Shown here piece after piece: positions 37,815 to 51,068 of a DNA stretch of 64,000 bases; within the stretch, counting starts at the first letter, position 1; each line of letters begins with the position of its first letter. The notes beneath the pieces were generated by a model. It saw nothing but the letters and a program-made list of their open reading frames with translations, made no database searches and was not told the DNA's origin. A program made the position numbers and the translations under genes. Source of the DNA: the human T2T-CHM13v2.0 reference genome, Homo sapiens; assembly GCF_009914755.1 (NCBI RefSeq), contig NC_060929.1; one strand, given 5' to 3'.

Positions 37815-39165
37815 TTACTAAGATTGAAGTTGGGTGTAAAACTAGAGAAATCTTGGATGACTCCCAGGTTTTTGATCTGAGCAATTAAAAGGTTGAAGTT
37901 GCCATGGATTGGAAAGGGGAAAATCATGGAAGAGGTAGGCTTTGCGGGAGACTCTCGGGAGCTCAGGGTTGAGCATATTAACACTGAATTCCTATTAGCC
38001 ATCTAAGCAGGGAGGTCAATTAGATTCTGGAGGTGAGAGGACAGGACTTGCCTAGAGATGTAAGATACAGTTTTCAGCATGTACAAGTATTTAAAACAGT
38101 GAAAGTGCATAATGTCACTGAATTGAACAACGTTAGGAAAGTTTAGGTAGTGCTACTCAAAATACAAACCACTGATCAACATCAGCATGGCCTGAGAACT
38201 TGTTAGATATGCAATTCTTGGGCCCTCTACACCTACTGAATCAGAAACACCTGGAGTGACGCCCTGACCCTTGTTGTAATAAGCCCTCCAGGTGTTTCTT
38301 TTACTAAATTTTGAGAACCACTGGTATAGAAATTACGGTGATAGGAAGAATCTGATAAGGATCAGCCAGGAGGGAAGAGGAAAACCAGAGGGTGTGGCAT
38401 ATTGGAAACCAAGCCAGAAAAGTGTTCAAAGCAGAGGAGAGTTGATCTGCTGTGTCACATGCTCCTGAAAACTGTCCATTAGAGTTACACATTGTCTACA
38501 GCCTGGAAGTCGCTTCTGTCACTTGTAGTTGAACCTTGGTAGAGTTGTTTGTGGACCAAGCCTGATGAGGTGAGTTTGAGAGAAGTGGTAGGGTGGAGAG
38601 AAGTTAGAGATCACAAAAATAAGTCTTGTTGGAGTTTTGCCTCAAAGGTAAAGAAATGAATAAGAGCTAGAGAGGTAAAAGGAGTTAAGAAAAAAACTTT
38701 TTTTCCTCCCTGCCCTTTCCTCCCTCCCTTCCTTTATCCCCTCTCCTTTCTTCTTTTCTTTATTTCTCCCTCCTCCCTCCCCCACCCGCCACTTTAAAAA
38801 AAAAGAAAAAAAAAAGAAGAGAGCTACAACAGTATATCTTCATGACGTTGGAGCTGATCTGCTGCAGAAGGCAAAGGCAAGAGCTCAAGAGAGAAGGGAG
38901 GGTGCACGAAGAGCAATATTGCTGAGCAGGGCGCCTATAAATAGGAGTCGCCCAGGGCGGGGCCAGCTCTATGGAGCATGCGTGGGCTTCTTCCCCCTTC
39001 ATAAGCCGGAAGGAGGATTAGGAGCGCCGGAAGCAGTAGGCAGAGGCTGGTGGGTGCGTTCGACGCTGAGATGAGAAGCAAATTAGGGAGTTATACTCGG
39101 CTTTCTTTCCTTTGCTGGGTTGTCTAGGAAGCAAGGTCACCAACTGAGGGTGAGGAGCATGCAAG
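37815..39165 (-). mobile_element. long L2 fragment, interrupted by MER5A and a low-complexity tract
   Basis: ggatgactcccaggtttttgatctgagcaatt...gaggaaaaccagagggtgtggcatattggaaaccaag...gatctgctgtgtcacatgctcctga...taggaagcaaggtcaccaactgagggtgagga. Confidence 0.8.
38148..38324. mobile_element. MER5A hAT-Charlie MITE
   Basis: agtgctactcaaa...catcagcatggcctgagaacttgttagatatgcaattcttgggccc...cctactgaatcagaaac...tttgagaaccactgg. Confidence 0.9.
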
Positions 39166-39190
39166 GACCATAGGGGAATCGGGCGACTGC
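38850..39190. promoter_or_regulatory. candidate promoter/enhancer module in L2 (TATA/MEF2, GC box, 2x ETS, CpG-rich)
   Basis: CTATAAATAG 38935-38944; GGGCGGGGCC 38955-38964; CCGGAAG 39006-39012 and 39027-39033; about 15 CpG in 350 bp. Confidence 0.55.
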
Positions 39191-39311
39191 CAAGCAGCAG
39201 AAGGGCCCTCTAAGGGCATTCAGTTTTGAGATTTAGCAAGCATCAATCAAAGTAGTGATTTTTTTTTTTCTTTTTCTCAAAGAAGCCTTTCAAAAAAAAA
39301 TTAGATGCACT

Positions 39312-39352
39312 GTCTCTCTCTCTCACTCTCTCACATACACACACACACACTC
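39312..39352. repeat. (CT)n(CA)n compound microsatellite
   Basis: direct. Confidence 0.8.
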
Positions 39353-39734
39353 ATATGCAGAAGAGAAGAAACATCAGAAAGCCACTGTGAAAAAACTATC
39401 CTGAAGCAAACGTGGGCTCTGAATTGCCGTAGCATGGGAAGAAAGGAAGGCTTTTGGTTGAAAGCATGACCTGAAAGGTGACATTTGAGCATGTTCCCCA
39501 GATGGGCGCGAGAAAGGAGACAAAGGCAGGATATGTATATACTGCCTGTCAGCTACACAATGGACTTGGGCAAGGAGTAGATCTCAGCATGTGTGGTTTG
39601 GGGAGTAAGGGTCGGTAAGAAGAAGGAGGTGGAGACACAGGCAGGGGTAACCGAGGTAAAGGAGAGGTCGAGAAGTAGAATGGGGCATGACTGGAGGAGA
39701 TGAAGCAGGGCTGGGCTGTAGACGCAGATGTTTC

Positions 39735-39875
39735 CACCTGAGCCCGTTCTCCAATTCCCAGCTGTGTGTCCTTGGTCAGCTCACTCGGTTTCTGAGTCTC
39801 ATATCCCTCTAAAATATCACATCAGAGAGCATAGCATACAGTAAGTACTCAGAAAAAGCTATTAATACTATTTGA
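39735..39875 (+). mobile_element. MIR fragment
   Basis: cccagctgtgtgtccttggtcagctcactc...gcatacagtaagtactcagaaaaagctatta. Confidence 0.65.
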
Positions 39876-40039
39876 AGCAATAGAACTAAGGATAAATAAG
39901 GGAACCAAGAAGAGTTAAAAATGACAAGCTGAAGGAAAAAGAAGGATAAAGCAGATAATTATTAAGGTGAGGAGGAAAAGTAAAATAGAAGACAAAATGA
40001 AAAAGTAAGGAGGAGAGAAAAAGAATTATATGGACGGTG

Positions 40040-40335
<296 letters not shown>

Positions 40336-41129
40336 AAAGAATTATGTGGACAATGAGACTGAGAAACACACAAATAGGAAAACAGAGAAAGGAGAAATGG
40401 AAGGTGCAAATGCAGTACACAACTTTATAATCTCAAAATATAAACCCAATCATATTTTTGATAAAACATGAAGGTTCTTAGAGCATCGTGTCTTTTCAGA
40501 ATGTTTCAATAATGTACAGATTTGAATACCAGGCAATGTAAATATCATTAGCAAAACATTGAATTTTAGGAAATTCCAGGTTTTGATTGATAGTTTTGGC
40601 ATTCTAAGATGACCACATCAGGGTCCAGTAAGTCATTTGATGGCATGTTTATAATGTTTTCTATTTTTAAAGGCCTTTTATGCAATTTCTTGGGCAATGA
40701 TCAAAACACCCTGAGTGTAGGATGAGGCCCATTCACATTAGCAAGGTTCTGTTAGTCCTTTTCAGAAGAGGAAAAGGTTTGGAACATTCACCTCACGTGC
40801 GGTGCTCCAGAAAATCAGCCACGCCCTAGATGTCAAATTAGGAGGAATCTGAGGGGGCTGTGCCGGCTTTGTTTTGGAACTCCTTTCAGAACCGAATGGG
40901 CAGGTTTGTGCTTTTAACTGATGGAGCCCTAAGGGAGCCAGGACGAAGGTTTTTCCAACCTCAGCACTTTGCCTCATATGCTTTTTACCATGACCTGTGT
41001 GCTGTTTAGAAATTTTCTAAAGCTAGTAATAAGTATGCTAGAAATGTGGACATGCAGGGAAGGTGAATTTCTGCGACCTTTCTGAACCTATCTGAACTTC
41101 ATTTCCATTTCGATCCCCCATCCCCTTTC

Positions 41130-41380
41130 CCAGGATTGCGGCTAAGTCCCAGCTGATGACGTAATTCTAAGGTGTTGGGGAGGGGAGAAATGAGTCCGAG
41201 CCCTGCCTGCCGCCTTTGCCGGCTGACATTCCGAGATGTATATTGTTCCATCCAAACATCTGACATCCAGGCAAACAGCCCAGGGACAAGGGCAGGGGCC
41301 CCACCTCCCTGAGATTCTCAGACTTGGCTGGGACCTGCCCAGTGGTGGGGAAGGCCCCGCCACAGTGACCCACTGGACTA
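41130..41380. promoter_or_regulatory. candidate enhancer (ATF/CRE-like, E-box, TEAD, GC box)
   Basis: CAGCTG 41150-41155; ATGACGTAAT 41156-41165; ACATTCC 41226-41232; GGCCCCGCC 41353-41361; locally GC/CpG-rich unique DNA. Confidence 0.45.
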
Positions 41381-42375
41381 CCATCTTCCTTCCCTTCTGA
41401 CTGTCCTTTCCCTCAGTCTGGATAACTTTCCCTAGTCCAGGGTAAGGGATGGTGTCAGAGGGAAGGGAAAATAATTCTAACGAATTACATAGTTATGCAA
41501 ATATTTTATTTGTCTTAGGCCTAGGCTTCTGGACGGGAGATGCCAAGAGTTTGATTCTCTTGTCATCCATGCTTGGGTAGCAGTATCCCTTCCTGGGGGT
41601 GATAGAGACGAAATTCCCAGGTGTTCAAATTGTTGCTGAGGTGGGGGTGAGTGTGGGGGAGCAGGGAGCAACTACCCCAAGGTTGTTACTGCACAGTTGC
41701 CCCACTACATGGGCATGGATGCCTCATTCTAAAATTGTTTCACCCTGAATGGTAAAACCAACACAATGCTCAGCAGGCTGTGATGCTGGCACTGGGATGC
41801 CTGCACATCGATGGTGAAGGGCCCAGATGCCCTCTAGGACAGTAGGATGGTGCTGATGACAGGCGTTTGAGGCAAGAGCCCCAAGCAAAGAGTGGAACAT
41901 ATTCTCGCATGAATTCTGGAATCCTGCTCAAAGCAAATTTTCCAGTCCTGGGGAAATTTGTTTTTAAGTTTCCATGTGATGGAGTCTACCTTGGAGGCCC
42001 CATCTCACTTGGCACCATCCCACTCCAAAGAGGCCTTACTTGAAAATCTCATTTTTCTTACAGCAGATGCTGGGTTTCAGTCCAGATGCCTTAGACATGT
42101 TTTTAATGTATATGCAGTGCTGGGGCTGGGATGGAAATAGAGCCAAAAAGTGGTGGGAGAGTGTATGAAAGCCTCCCCCTTCTCCTGCCTGGCTCTTTGA
42201 ACATATTTGTTTTCTCCAAGAAAATTGGCTGGAGGTAGCAAAGGCTACAAAAGTTAAGCCTGTAAGGAGCTAAGGCTAGCAATCTGGACTCATGATAGCT
42301 TCCCAGTGGAAGATACTCCTGGGGATCTTAGCAGGACTCTTCCATCTCTGGGACGGTGGACAGCTTTGTTTGGAA

Positions 42376-42558
42376 CAGCAGCTTTCAAACTTTAATCAGC
42401 TAGGGAGTTTATCAATAATGCAGATTTTCAAGCCTCTCCCCCTCAAGATAGTCTGGTTTCTTGTATCTGGATTGGGGTCCAATAATTAGCATTTTTAGTA
42501 AGTTCCCCAATGTGATTCTGATACAAATGTTCCCAGATCACAAGCTGAGAAGCACAGT
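42376..42558. mobile_element. MER5 (MER5A/B) MITE
   Basis: cagcagctttcaaact...aatgcagatt...ctggattggggtcc...gcatttttagtaagttcccca...tgagaagcac. Confidence 0.8.
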
Positions 42559-43691
42559 GGGTGGGACCTCTTTGGTGGCTCTTCATGACGCCAGCTATAA
42601 AGATGCCTGGGTTTCTATGAAGCCACCTGGCTATTCCCCTCCTGTAGCTAATCCCTAAGCCCCAGAACTCAGCTATTCTCTACAGCCAGGTGAATCCAGA
42701 CGCCTCCTGTACCTGCCCACCTATTTTCCATTAACAGTGAAATAGCACTTGGGCAATTGTGAATAACATTGAGTCCACAAGACATCTCAAAACAGGCATC
42801 TAGAAGCCAATGTAAATAAATAATGGAAAAGAAACATTTGGGCTTGCTTTTGCAACTCTGAAACACTTGATTGTCAGTCTCACACAGTTTAAGACTTGCT
42901 TATATACTGCCTGGTCTGTTTGTTCTTGTGTGTCTTCATCTTCCAAATAAAATGTAACTTCTTGGGAAGAAGCCTCAAACTTTTCTCTTATTTCCCCTAC
43001 AGCATCTACTACAAAATTGGTATTCAACATAGGATGACAGTTTCTGACTTATAATCAGGTTACTTTCAAAGGTTCATTTTTCAGCCAGTTATTTGGATTT
43101 TGTTTCTCATTAGGACAACGTTATAAAGTGTAGTTATGTTCCCAGACCAGCCCCCAAATGTCTATTTAATTGGCAACATAGCTGAGTAGTACTACAAGAC
43201 CTGAAATCATCTACAATAGTGCTTTTATGGGGAAATGCATTGCAGATTCCAACTGAAGATGCCAGGAGATCATTTTTCTGACCTTGGTTCCAGGACAGGC
43301 CTTGACCCATGTATAGTTAGAACTGTCCTCCTGCCTCCACACACACACACATACATATATTACACTGGCTGTCTTGAGGTGCATGTTCCAAAGTTGGGGA
43401 AGGGGTGGCACAAGTTCCTGTTGGGAGACTGGACAGGGATACAGGGCAAGGTGTGCTCCTGCCAGAGTCAGGACAAAGGGTCTGGAAGAAAGCACATACC
43501 AGGGATTTAAGTGGGGAAGTGGTACTGGTGGGAGACTGAAGGGATCCAGAGGGCACAAACTCTCTTGGCTGCAGTTGCAGAGACCAGCTGGGGCTGTCTT
43601 GGCAGTCACAGCAGTGGCAGCACAAGCTGTAATGGCCACATTGGCTGGGGTCCCATCATAAGCCTGCAGATATGTTTTGGGGTAGTGGCAT

Positions 43692-44124
43692 TTTAGTTAT
43701 TAATTGCTGGGTAACAAACCACTCTAAAATGTAGTGGCTTAAAAAAGCAACCATTTTATTTGCTAATGATTGTGTAATGTGGGCTTGCCAGTGGCCATTG
43801 TGTGGCTGCAATCAGCTGGTGGAGAGTTTGGGGGTCTGTATTTTTGTGGAATGCCGGGACTACTGGGTTCTCTCTTCATGTAGTCATGGGACTTCTCTAT
43901 ATGGCCTCTCCAGTGGAGTAGCCAGACTTCTTACATGGCAACTCAAGAGAGCAAAGAAGCAAAAATAAACTTCTAGGACTCTGTAAAGGTAGGCTGACCA
44001 CTGGCACAGTTTCACTTCTGGTTTCAGTGGTCCCAGGACAGCCCAGATTCACGGGAAGGGGCTTCACAAAAGCATGAATTCCAGGAGGCATGGTCCAGTA
44101 GGGGCCACCAAGCCAACACATACC
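43692..44124 (-). mobile_element. MLT1 (MLT1G/H-like) MaLR LTR
   Basis: ttagttattaattgctgggtaacaaaccactctaaaatgtagtggctt...gtagccagacttcttacatggc...cagcccagattca...gcatgaattccaggaggcatggtcc. Confidence 0.82.
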
Positions 44125-44605
44125 GTTTTTGGTGTTCTGTGAGAGGCCCTGAGGCCAAGAGTATTTTGTTAAGAGTATTTCCATTATGACCACCACAACC
44201 AGATTGCTAACGTTCCTAGAAAAAGCCTCTAAATAATTTACTTCTCACATCTTTTCATGTCTAAAAGTAAGTCATCTTTCTGCAGAATCCATCCTGTCAC
44301 TTTTTCCTTCACATTTTCTCACTCCATTTTTTTTTCATCAACACAGCTACCTACTTTACATAGGCAGCGTTCTCAGTCATAATGTCACAACACCTTGGTA
44401 AATTACAGTGGATTTTGAGGTGTGTCAAGATAATAGCACATAAATCCCTAAAGTTTGCAAGTAGTTTATTCTTAAAAAGCCAACTAATATAGGTACGAGG
44501 TTAGCCCTGTAATAATATTCCTCTTTGATTTATGTATTTACCCGAGGAGTAGAGAGAGGGGTGGAGTTGGTGATAGTGCTTTGGAAATCGGTGTGTAACC
44601 CTGGT

Positions 44606-45085
44606 ATGGCAGAGGCAGACCTGGCTGCTTCCCCAATCTCCTCTTCCCTCTAGCAAAACTTCTGTTTGATTTGTGGTGACAATGTGCCCAGCCTCCTCTC
44701 CATCTACGTATGGCAATATGACTAAGTTCTGGCTAATGAAATAGAGGAAATAGTGTCTGAGACTTCTAGAAAGGTTGCTTAAAGAAAGCAGACTTAACTG
44801 GGAAGGGAGCCTTTGTGGCTCACTTTGGATTTCTTCCTCCTGTTGCCTGTACTATGGATGTAATGATTGGTTCACCAGCAGCCATTTGGGATCACAAAGT
44901 GACTTTAGGTTAGAAATCAGACTCAAAGATGGTAGGTATAGAGATAGATGGATTAGTAATGACCATGGAGCTTTGTTCCAACCCTGGACTCTAGAAATAG
45001 AGATCAAGATCAAGGTGGACATAGAGAGGTTCTTTTTGTTTAAGCCATTATTTTGGATTTCCTGTTATAATTAACCCTATCTTCT
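44606..45085 (+). mobile_element. MLT1 (MLT1I/J-like) MaLR LTR
   Basis: tggcagag...atatgactaagttctggctaatgaaat...gacttctagaaagg...cagcagccatttgggatcac...tttgtttaagccattattttgg. Confidence 0.8.
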
Positions 45086-45344
45086 GTACTTGGTCATACC
45101 CATGAGGATATATAGCCTGTTGTGAATTCCATTGCTGTGAATATTGCAGCAGAAAAAATGGTTAAGAACCAATGGTCAAGGCTGTGGAGAATTTTCACCG
45201 GGACTCTCTCTCAATCTCTGTGTTCATCAGCCCTCTTGTCAATCCTTAATGGATTGAGGAAGTATTGTTCTGCTTGGACTATAATGATGCTGTTCTCTGT
45301 CTCAAGGGCTTCCCATCCATTTCCTAAAGATCTTTCTTATCTGC

Positions 45345-45442
45345 ACTCTTTCATTTGTTTTTTTCTTGTGTATCCGCATTGACTAACATAGCACCTGACA
45401 CAGTGTAAGTTTAATAAATAGTTGTTAAATGAATGAACAAAC
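45345..45442 (+). mobile_element. L2 3' end
   Basis: catagcacctgacacagtgtaagtttaataaatagttgttaaatgaatgaa. Confidence 0.75.
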
Positions 45443-46909
45443 TTATCTTCCCTGTGTCTATGCACAGAATCTAGAATGCCTTTTACCTTTCCTGTTCACT
45501 ACCACATTTCTATTTTGGCTGTATAGCTTATGTTCACCAAGCCCAGGACTGAGCCAGATAAGCTTGGTAACCAAACTCCCATTAGTACCCATGAGCAATA
45601 CTTGCCAAGTAGATGGTGTGTTTGTTTCATGTTTAAGACATTGCTTTACTTGGGTTCTGTAAGAGGAAGGAACAGAGTCCCACTAGAAGAGGAGGGATCA
45701 TTCATTGCAAACCAGTCACTCTCCTAATAAAAGCAGAGATGAGTACGTGATTTTAGTCAGGACAGGGATGGGGAAATAAGGAATAGAAGTGACTGAAGAG
45801 ATGACTACTCAGGGGAAGAGGCATCTCTCAGCCTTGACGTTGAGGAGACAAGGCCATGGGGAGGTAGTTCCCATAAAGCAGGAAATCAAGTGGCAGCTTC
45901 TCTATGGAGGTTTAAGCTGAAAAGCAAGAAAACTTGGGTACCATGGGATCTAGGGCCCACCTAGGTAGGCATCTCTAGTGGGGCCATTCACCTGGTATTT
46001 TCCATTCTTCTCACATAACTTCGTTGTAGTAGCAAAGTAGGTTCTCAACCTTGGTATCTCTTATATTTATTCCTATAGATTTTTTTTTCTTGTTTACAAT
46101 TAAACCATTTTATTTCAATTATTTGAATTATGAAGGTACATATTTAACATAATCCAAATAATAAAAGTGACAGTCCCTTACCTCTGCTTTAATTTTTAAC
46201 TGAAGACTTTATGAAGATGATAAAAGGGCTTGATGAGAATGATTACGCCCATATTCTGAAGTAAGAGCTAATGCAATTTTCAAATATTAACTGCATGCAA
46301 TTAATAAGAAGGTATACCCTAAGCTTTATAGCATTCCTGATTCCCTTCTCATGGAGGCCCCAGAGACAGCCTTTAACCTGTGGGGCTAAGGGAGCCATCC
46401 CTCTATTGGTCCAGTCTAGAGCCTGTTGAATGTTCCATGGTAATCTTGCCTCAAACACTGTTATCCATGTTTAGGTGTCTGCTGCTTGCTTCAATGTATT
46501 CATTATTAAATTTTACTTTTTGGCTTATAATTTGCCCAAATGCAGGTTTCGAAGATGATGTCTTTATGAATTGATTTCTATGGAAGATCCTGCTTTCCTC
46601 TAATATCTTCTGCAAAATATTGTCTGTCACTCTGGGATAAGGTAGCTCTCTGTTTCTCTAACTCGAAGGCTTATGATGATTATCTTTGCAAAAATCAGCA
46701 TCCTCTGTCCCGGTACCATTTGCAAGCTCGTGGGAGGAGTTCTTTAAATACTCATTGGTTGGAAAGAGGTTCTTTCTGATTGAACTTTAAAACAAAAAGG
46801 GAGAAATGCATTCCTGAGATCCAACCTGGTGGGCAAAGGTGTAGAAAACATGAGCAGCCTTTTAACCCACCCATAAGGAAGATCTCCATGTAGTGCCAAA
46901 ACCAGGAAA

Positions 46910-46957
46910 GTGTGTGTTGTGTGTGTGTGTGTGGTGTGTGTGGTGTGTGTTTTGTGT
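46910..46957. repeat. imperfect (TG)n
   Basis: direct. Confidence 0.85.
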
Positions 46958-48903
46958 ATGTTATAACCGTTGTTCCATTTAAGCTTGCAATAGCCACCAC
47001 TGCTCCTTATACCACATCATGTATGACCCTTTTCCCTGTTCATGATATTAATGTTTTCTGTAGATGCTTGCTTTGTTTATATTTGACTAAACATGGTTTG
47101 GCTGGTAGTGCATATTTCTCTAATGTCCATCCTAGTGAGTGCTATCTCAAGTCTTAAGTTTTTAGAAATATAACTCCCTGCTAATTTGACTATTATATAG
47201 CACAGAGCTCCATGTAAACATGGTGTTAAAAATCAATTTTGATGATGATAATTTATCAAAAACTTTAGAGAATGATACTGATATGCCTTTGAACAAGGTT
47301 GAGGTTTTGGTATAGCCCCACTGCTGGAGTGTCTTCCTTCAAAAGATGTAGGCATTTTAAAACCAGATGGAAGCACAGTATAAAAAGCATTTGGTCACAC
47401 TTTCCAAGGGATTAACTGAACTAAAAAAGCATAAACATCTCACACAGATTGGCGATGCTGGTGCCGATGACAATGATCTCAACCTTTTACTTTAAGGAAT
47501 CTTAAACGTTTTTGGAAATAAACATATCTGGACTAGAAGCCAACCGTATAAATAAGAACTAGCCTCTATTGCTCCTGTCTGAAAAGAAATCTGAAGGGGT
47601 TGGTTGAGATTTGTTGCACTTGTCTTAAATAAGTTGAATATCCTCAGCCTTTCCTTTCTCTTACCTTTATTGTTTATTTGATTTTTTTTTTCATAGGAGT
47701 CTGCATCATTGCTCCAACATGGGTAAAAAAATAGCCTTCAGGTCTAAACATATTTACTTCTCAGAGCTTGTATTACAGTTAGAGCTGGAAAATGAATGCC
47801 AAACATAAATTCCTGCATGCAAAATGCTTCCCCATCTACATGGGCTTGACAATGACCAAGTCTGGGACTCAGGATGGTGGAGGCTCGTTTAGGCTGTAAC
47901 CTCCATGAGGTTGCACTGGTTATGCTTTGAACTTTGACTGTAACCCACAAAGTGATACTTTTCTTTGTGTCTTGTTGAGTTTTGGAAATCTTTCAAAGTT
48001 ACCATAAAATATTTAAGACACAAATAGAAAACTCTCAACTATTCCTGCATATCATTAGCGTGAGAGTGTGGAATCGTTTTCGCAATGTTGACACTGTCCA
48101 TTTTTCCGTGTACTTAAAAATGTTTATTTTTAGTTTCTTTTCGTCTGCTTTTCAAAGAGTACCTGGCTTTCAAATATCATTTTCTCCAGGGAGTCTTTAA
48201 TATTCCAAACACTCTGAAGAAACATTCCATGGTCATTAAGGCTGTCAGAGGAAAAAAACAACACTTGTAGTGTCTCATCATCTTCACCAAGTTGTCACTT
48301 TCTTAAGGAAACCAGTCTCAAAGTGACCCACTACATATTTTAGTATGTTGACTTTTTGAAGGAACAAGGATATTCATCATTTAATTATCCCCAGGGACCA
48401 CTGTTTGACAAGACATTTTTAAAAGGAAAATCGGTGTTTTCAGAGTCAATTCTGCAACCTTAAACATGATGTAGTCAGCATCAAATACCCTCTAGAGATG
48501 AAAGGTGACCTCATCAGCAGCACACTGAGATTTAAGCTCAGCATATTTTTCCAGAAAATATGGATCTTGCTCTTGGCTTTCTAGTGGTGATCTAATTTTC
48601 ATGGCTATGTTAAAAAGAAAACACACAATAAAAGGATTTGAAGAGCTCTGCTTGTTTCATGTTGGAAAAGCACTGTAATTTATAGTCATGTACTTAATCA
48701 AAATGCTTTATCTTAGTGTTAGGAACTCTAAGTTTCATTTCAAAGGGATATCTGAAGATCACCACCAAATGGAAAAGCCAGGATTATCTGGGTAAATTCC
48801 AGACATGTTCTTCTGCTGGAGGAAATCACAGCACAACTGCTTTCTAATGCTTGTCCTGGTGGATAAGGCCGAAGGCCATGTTCCAGAATGTTGAATTCTA
48901 GAG

Positions 48904-49080
48904 CAATGGTTCTGAAACTTGAGGATGCTTCAAAATCACCTGTGGGAGGGGGGAGGCTATTAAAACACAGATTGCTGAGCTACCCCTGGAGTTTCTGATT
49001 CAGTAGATTTTGAATGCATCCTGAGAATTGAATTTCTGCTAATGCTGTTGACTCAGGGGCCACACTTTGAGAACCACTGG
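48904..49080. mobile_element. MER5A MITE
   Basis: caatggttctgaaacttgag...aatcacctg...ttaaaacacagattgctg...gtttctgattcagtag...ccacactttgagaaccactgg. Confidence 0.9.
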
Positions 49081-49491
49081 CCTAAAGTTTGGGCAGGAGA
49101 TGTTCATCAGTGGTTCAAATAAAACAGACTGGGAGGTGTCAGAACATAGAATTAAATGTACCAAGGGAATGAGGGGACACAAATTGAGGCAGGGAGGTCA
49201 GGCTTATAGTGAGATTGAGCAGAGAACCTTGAAAAGAAGCAAACAAGAAGTTGGCACTGGGATATCACATCTGCCAAAGCACCTCAGTCCAGTGATGAGA
49301 GAATACAGAGGTAAGATTCTCCACAGGCCAGATGGATATTTAACATTAAGATAGTAGCTGTCAAGGTTCACTTCACTCAGCTGGGGTTCAGGGATGGCTC
49401 CAAACCTGTGGTGACAACTGATAAGAGTATTGTGGGGCCCTAGTCCTCAAAAGGACTTGGAGAAACCAAGAAGATGGCAACAGGTATTCAA

Positions 49492-49899
49492 TGTGTCTGT
49501 TAAGGTAACTCTTGCTGCTGCAACAGATGCAAGAGAACCCCCAAGTCACAATGACTGAGTTTATCTCTTGCTCACATACATTTCAAACCAAGTATTCTTG
49601 ATTAATAAGCACCTCTTTTTAAGGGGTGACTCAGTTACCCAGTGACCGAGGCTCCTTTCATCTTGTGGCTCTCCCATCATCAAGTGTAACTTACAAGAGG
49701 AAAGCATGGAGGATCACATGTAGGAGGTTTTTAATGGACCAGGGCTGGAAGGGACTCTTATCACTTCTGCCTAAAATCCACTGATCAGGAATTGACCATG
49801 TGACCACATTTACTCAGCAAATCTACTTGTGTCCACCAGCTAAGTGTCCAGGAGGAAGAAGAAACAGGTTTGCTGGCCAGCTAGCAAATCTCTGCCACA
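49492..49899 (-). mobile_element. MLT1J-like MaLR LTR
   Basis: ctcctttcatcttgtggctct...gcatggaggatcacatg...atcacttctgcc...tccaggaggaagaagaaacaggttt...tctctgccaca. Confidence 0.82.
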
Positions 49900-51068
49900 T
49901 TCAGATAAGAGCAGTAAGGTGGAATTATAGTTACTAAAATTGATCACAAAAGGAAGTTTTGCCCACCAACCAGTGATGCACTGGATGCGCTAGCTGGGGA
50001 TGTTAGCTCATCATTGCATGGATCCTGTAGGTGGGGAGCAAAGAGGGTTGCAGGGCTGCAAGACAAGGACCAGACATGGATTAACAGCTTTTCCTGAATA
50101 TGCTTGAGGAAGGTTGCATTCTTTCTCTGAAAACCTCTCATCTAAAAATAACACATTGAGGAACTCAATAATGTCCTACAGCTATAAAAGAAGATGTGTG
50201 TTTTTTCCATCTTACATCTTTTGAATGAATCCATCCAAAATATCATGGAATAGAGTTCATGTTACTAGTGCAGGTACACATTTCTTGCTTTGAATGTATT
50301 TTTAAAATTGTATTGTTTGGAAATATCAATTGAGAAACATTACTGCCAATTTTCCTCTCTTTAACACATTTAGAGAAGATCTTCAATGATAACACAATTG
50401 CACATGAAAGGTTTTCAACAAATGAAAAGACTGAAGACTATTCACTTTGGGGAAAATGAAGACAGAGTGGGAATATAATCACATAAAAAATAGGGAAATA
50501 TCTTAATTAGTGTCCCAATTCCCCTTTTCACCACTGCTCAGGAGAAGTAGCCCACTCCCCACTTCAATTTGCCTTGAAAAACAATATAAAATCTGGGAGT
50601 CTGATCTCAAAAAGCATGCAAATCACAGAAAGGTTCTAAAAAGTTTTAAAAGGCTCAATCCTTTTAAAAAAGTAATCTTGCCATTTTGAAATAATTAGGG
50701 ATGATTCCATGCCATGCCTGCTATGGGGTGATAGTGTGATCCACAGGCCAAGTCAGTGGGGTTAGCAGGGTCATGGTTGAATCCATGGTGATGTCATAGC
50801 AATCTTACTGATTGCTCATGAACTTTCGTTGCTTTTCTTTTTAATTTTTTAGTCATTGGTTGCTTATTAGTTGCAGCTGTTTTTGCTTGGGGATGGAGTA
50901 ATAATTGGTTTAAAGTACTAATTTATATCATTGTGCAAAAATCTTACATAAAAACATCTTTATAAAATCATAGTGTGTTTTTGATCTTATGCTCCCTAAA
51001 CACAAGGAATATCCTTAATAGCAATTAATTCAGACCTCATCATTTTGAATAAGCAGTCTTCTGCAACA

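Noticed and set aside
43211-43696. Five overlapping ORFs including 142 aa on minus
   Set aside because: No recognisable domain, includes a (CA)n tract and a non-ATG start; expected in a locally GC-rich patch
45968-45988. CTCF-like ccactagag on minus (also ccatctaggtgcc at 25746)
   Set aside because: The GGC core after the AG is missing; match too weak
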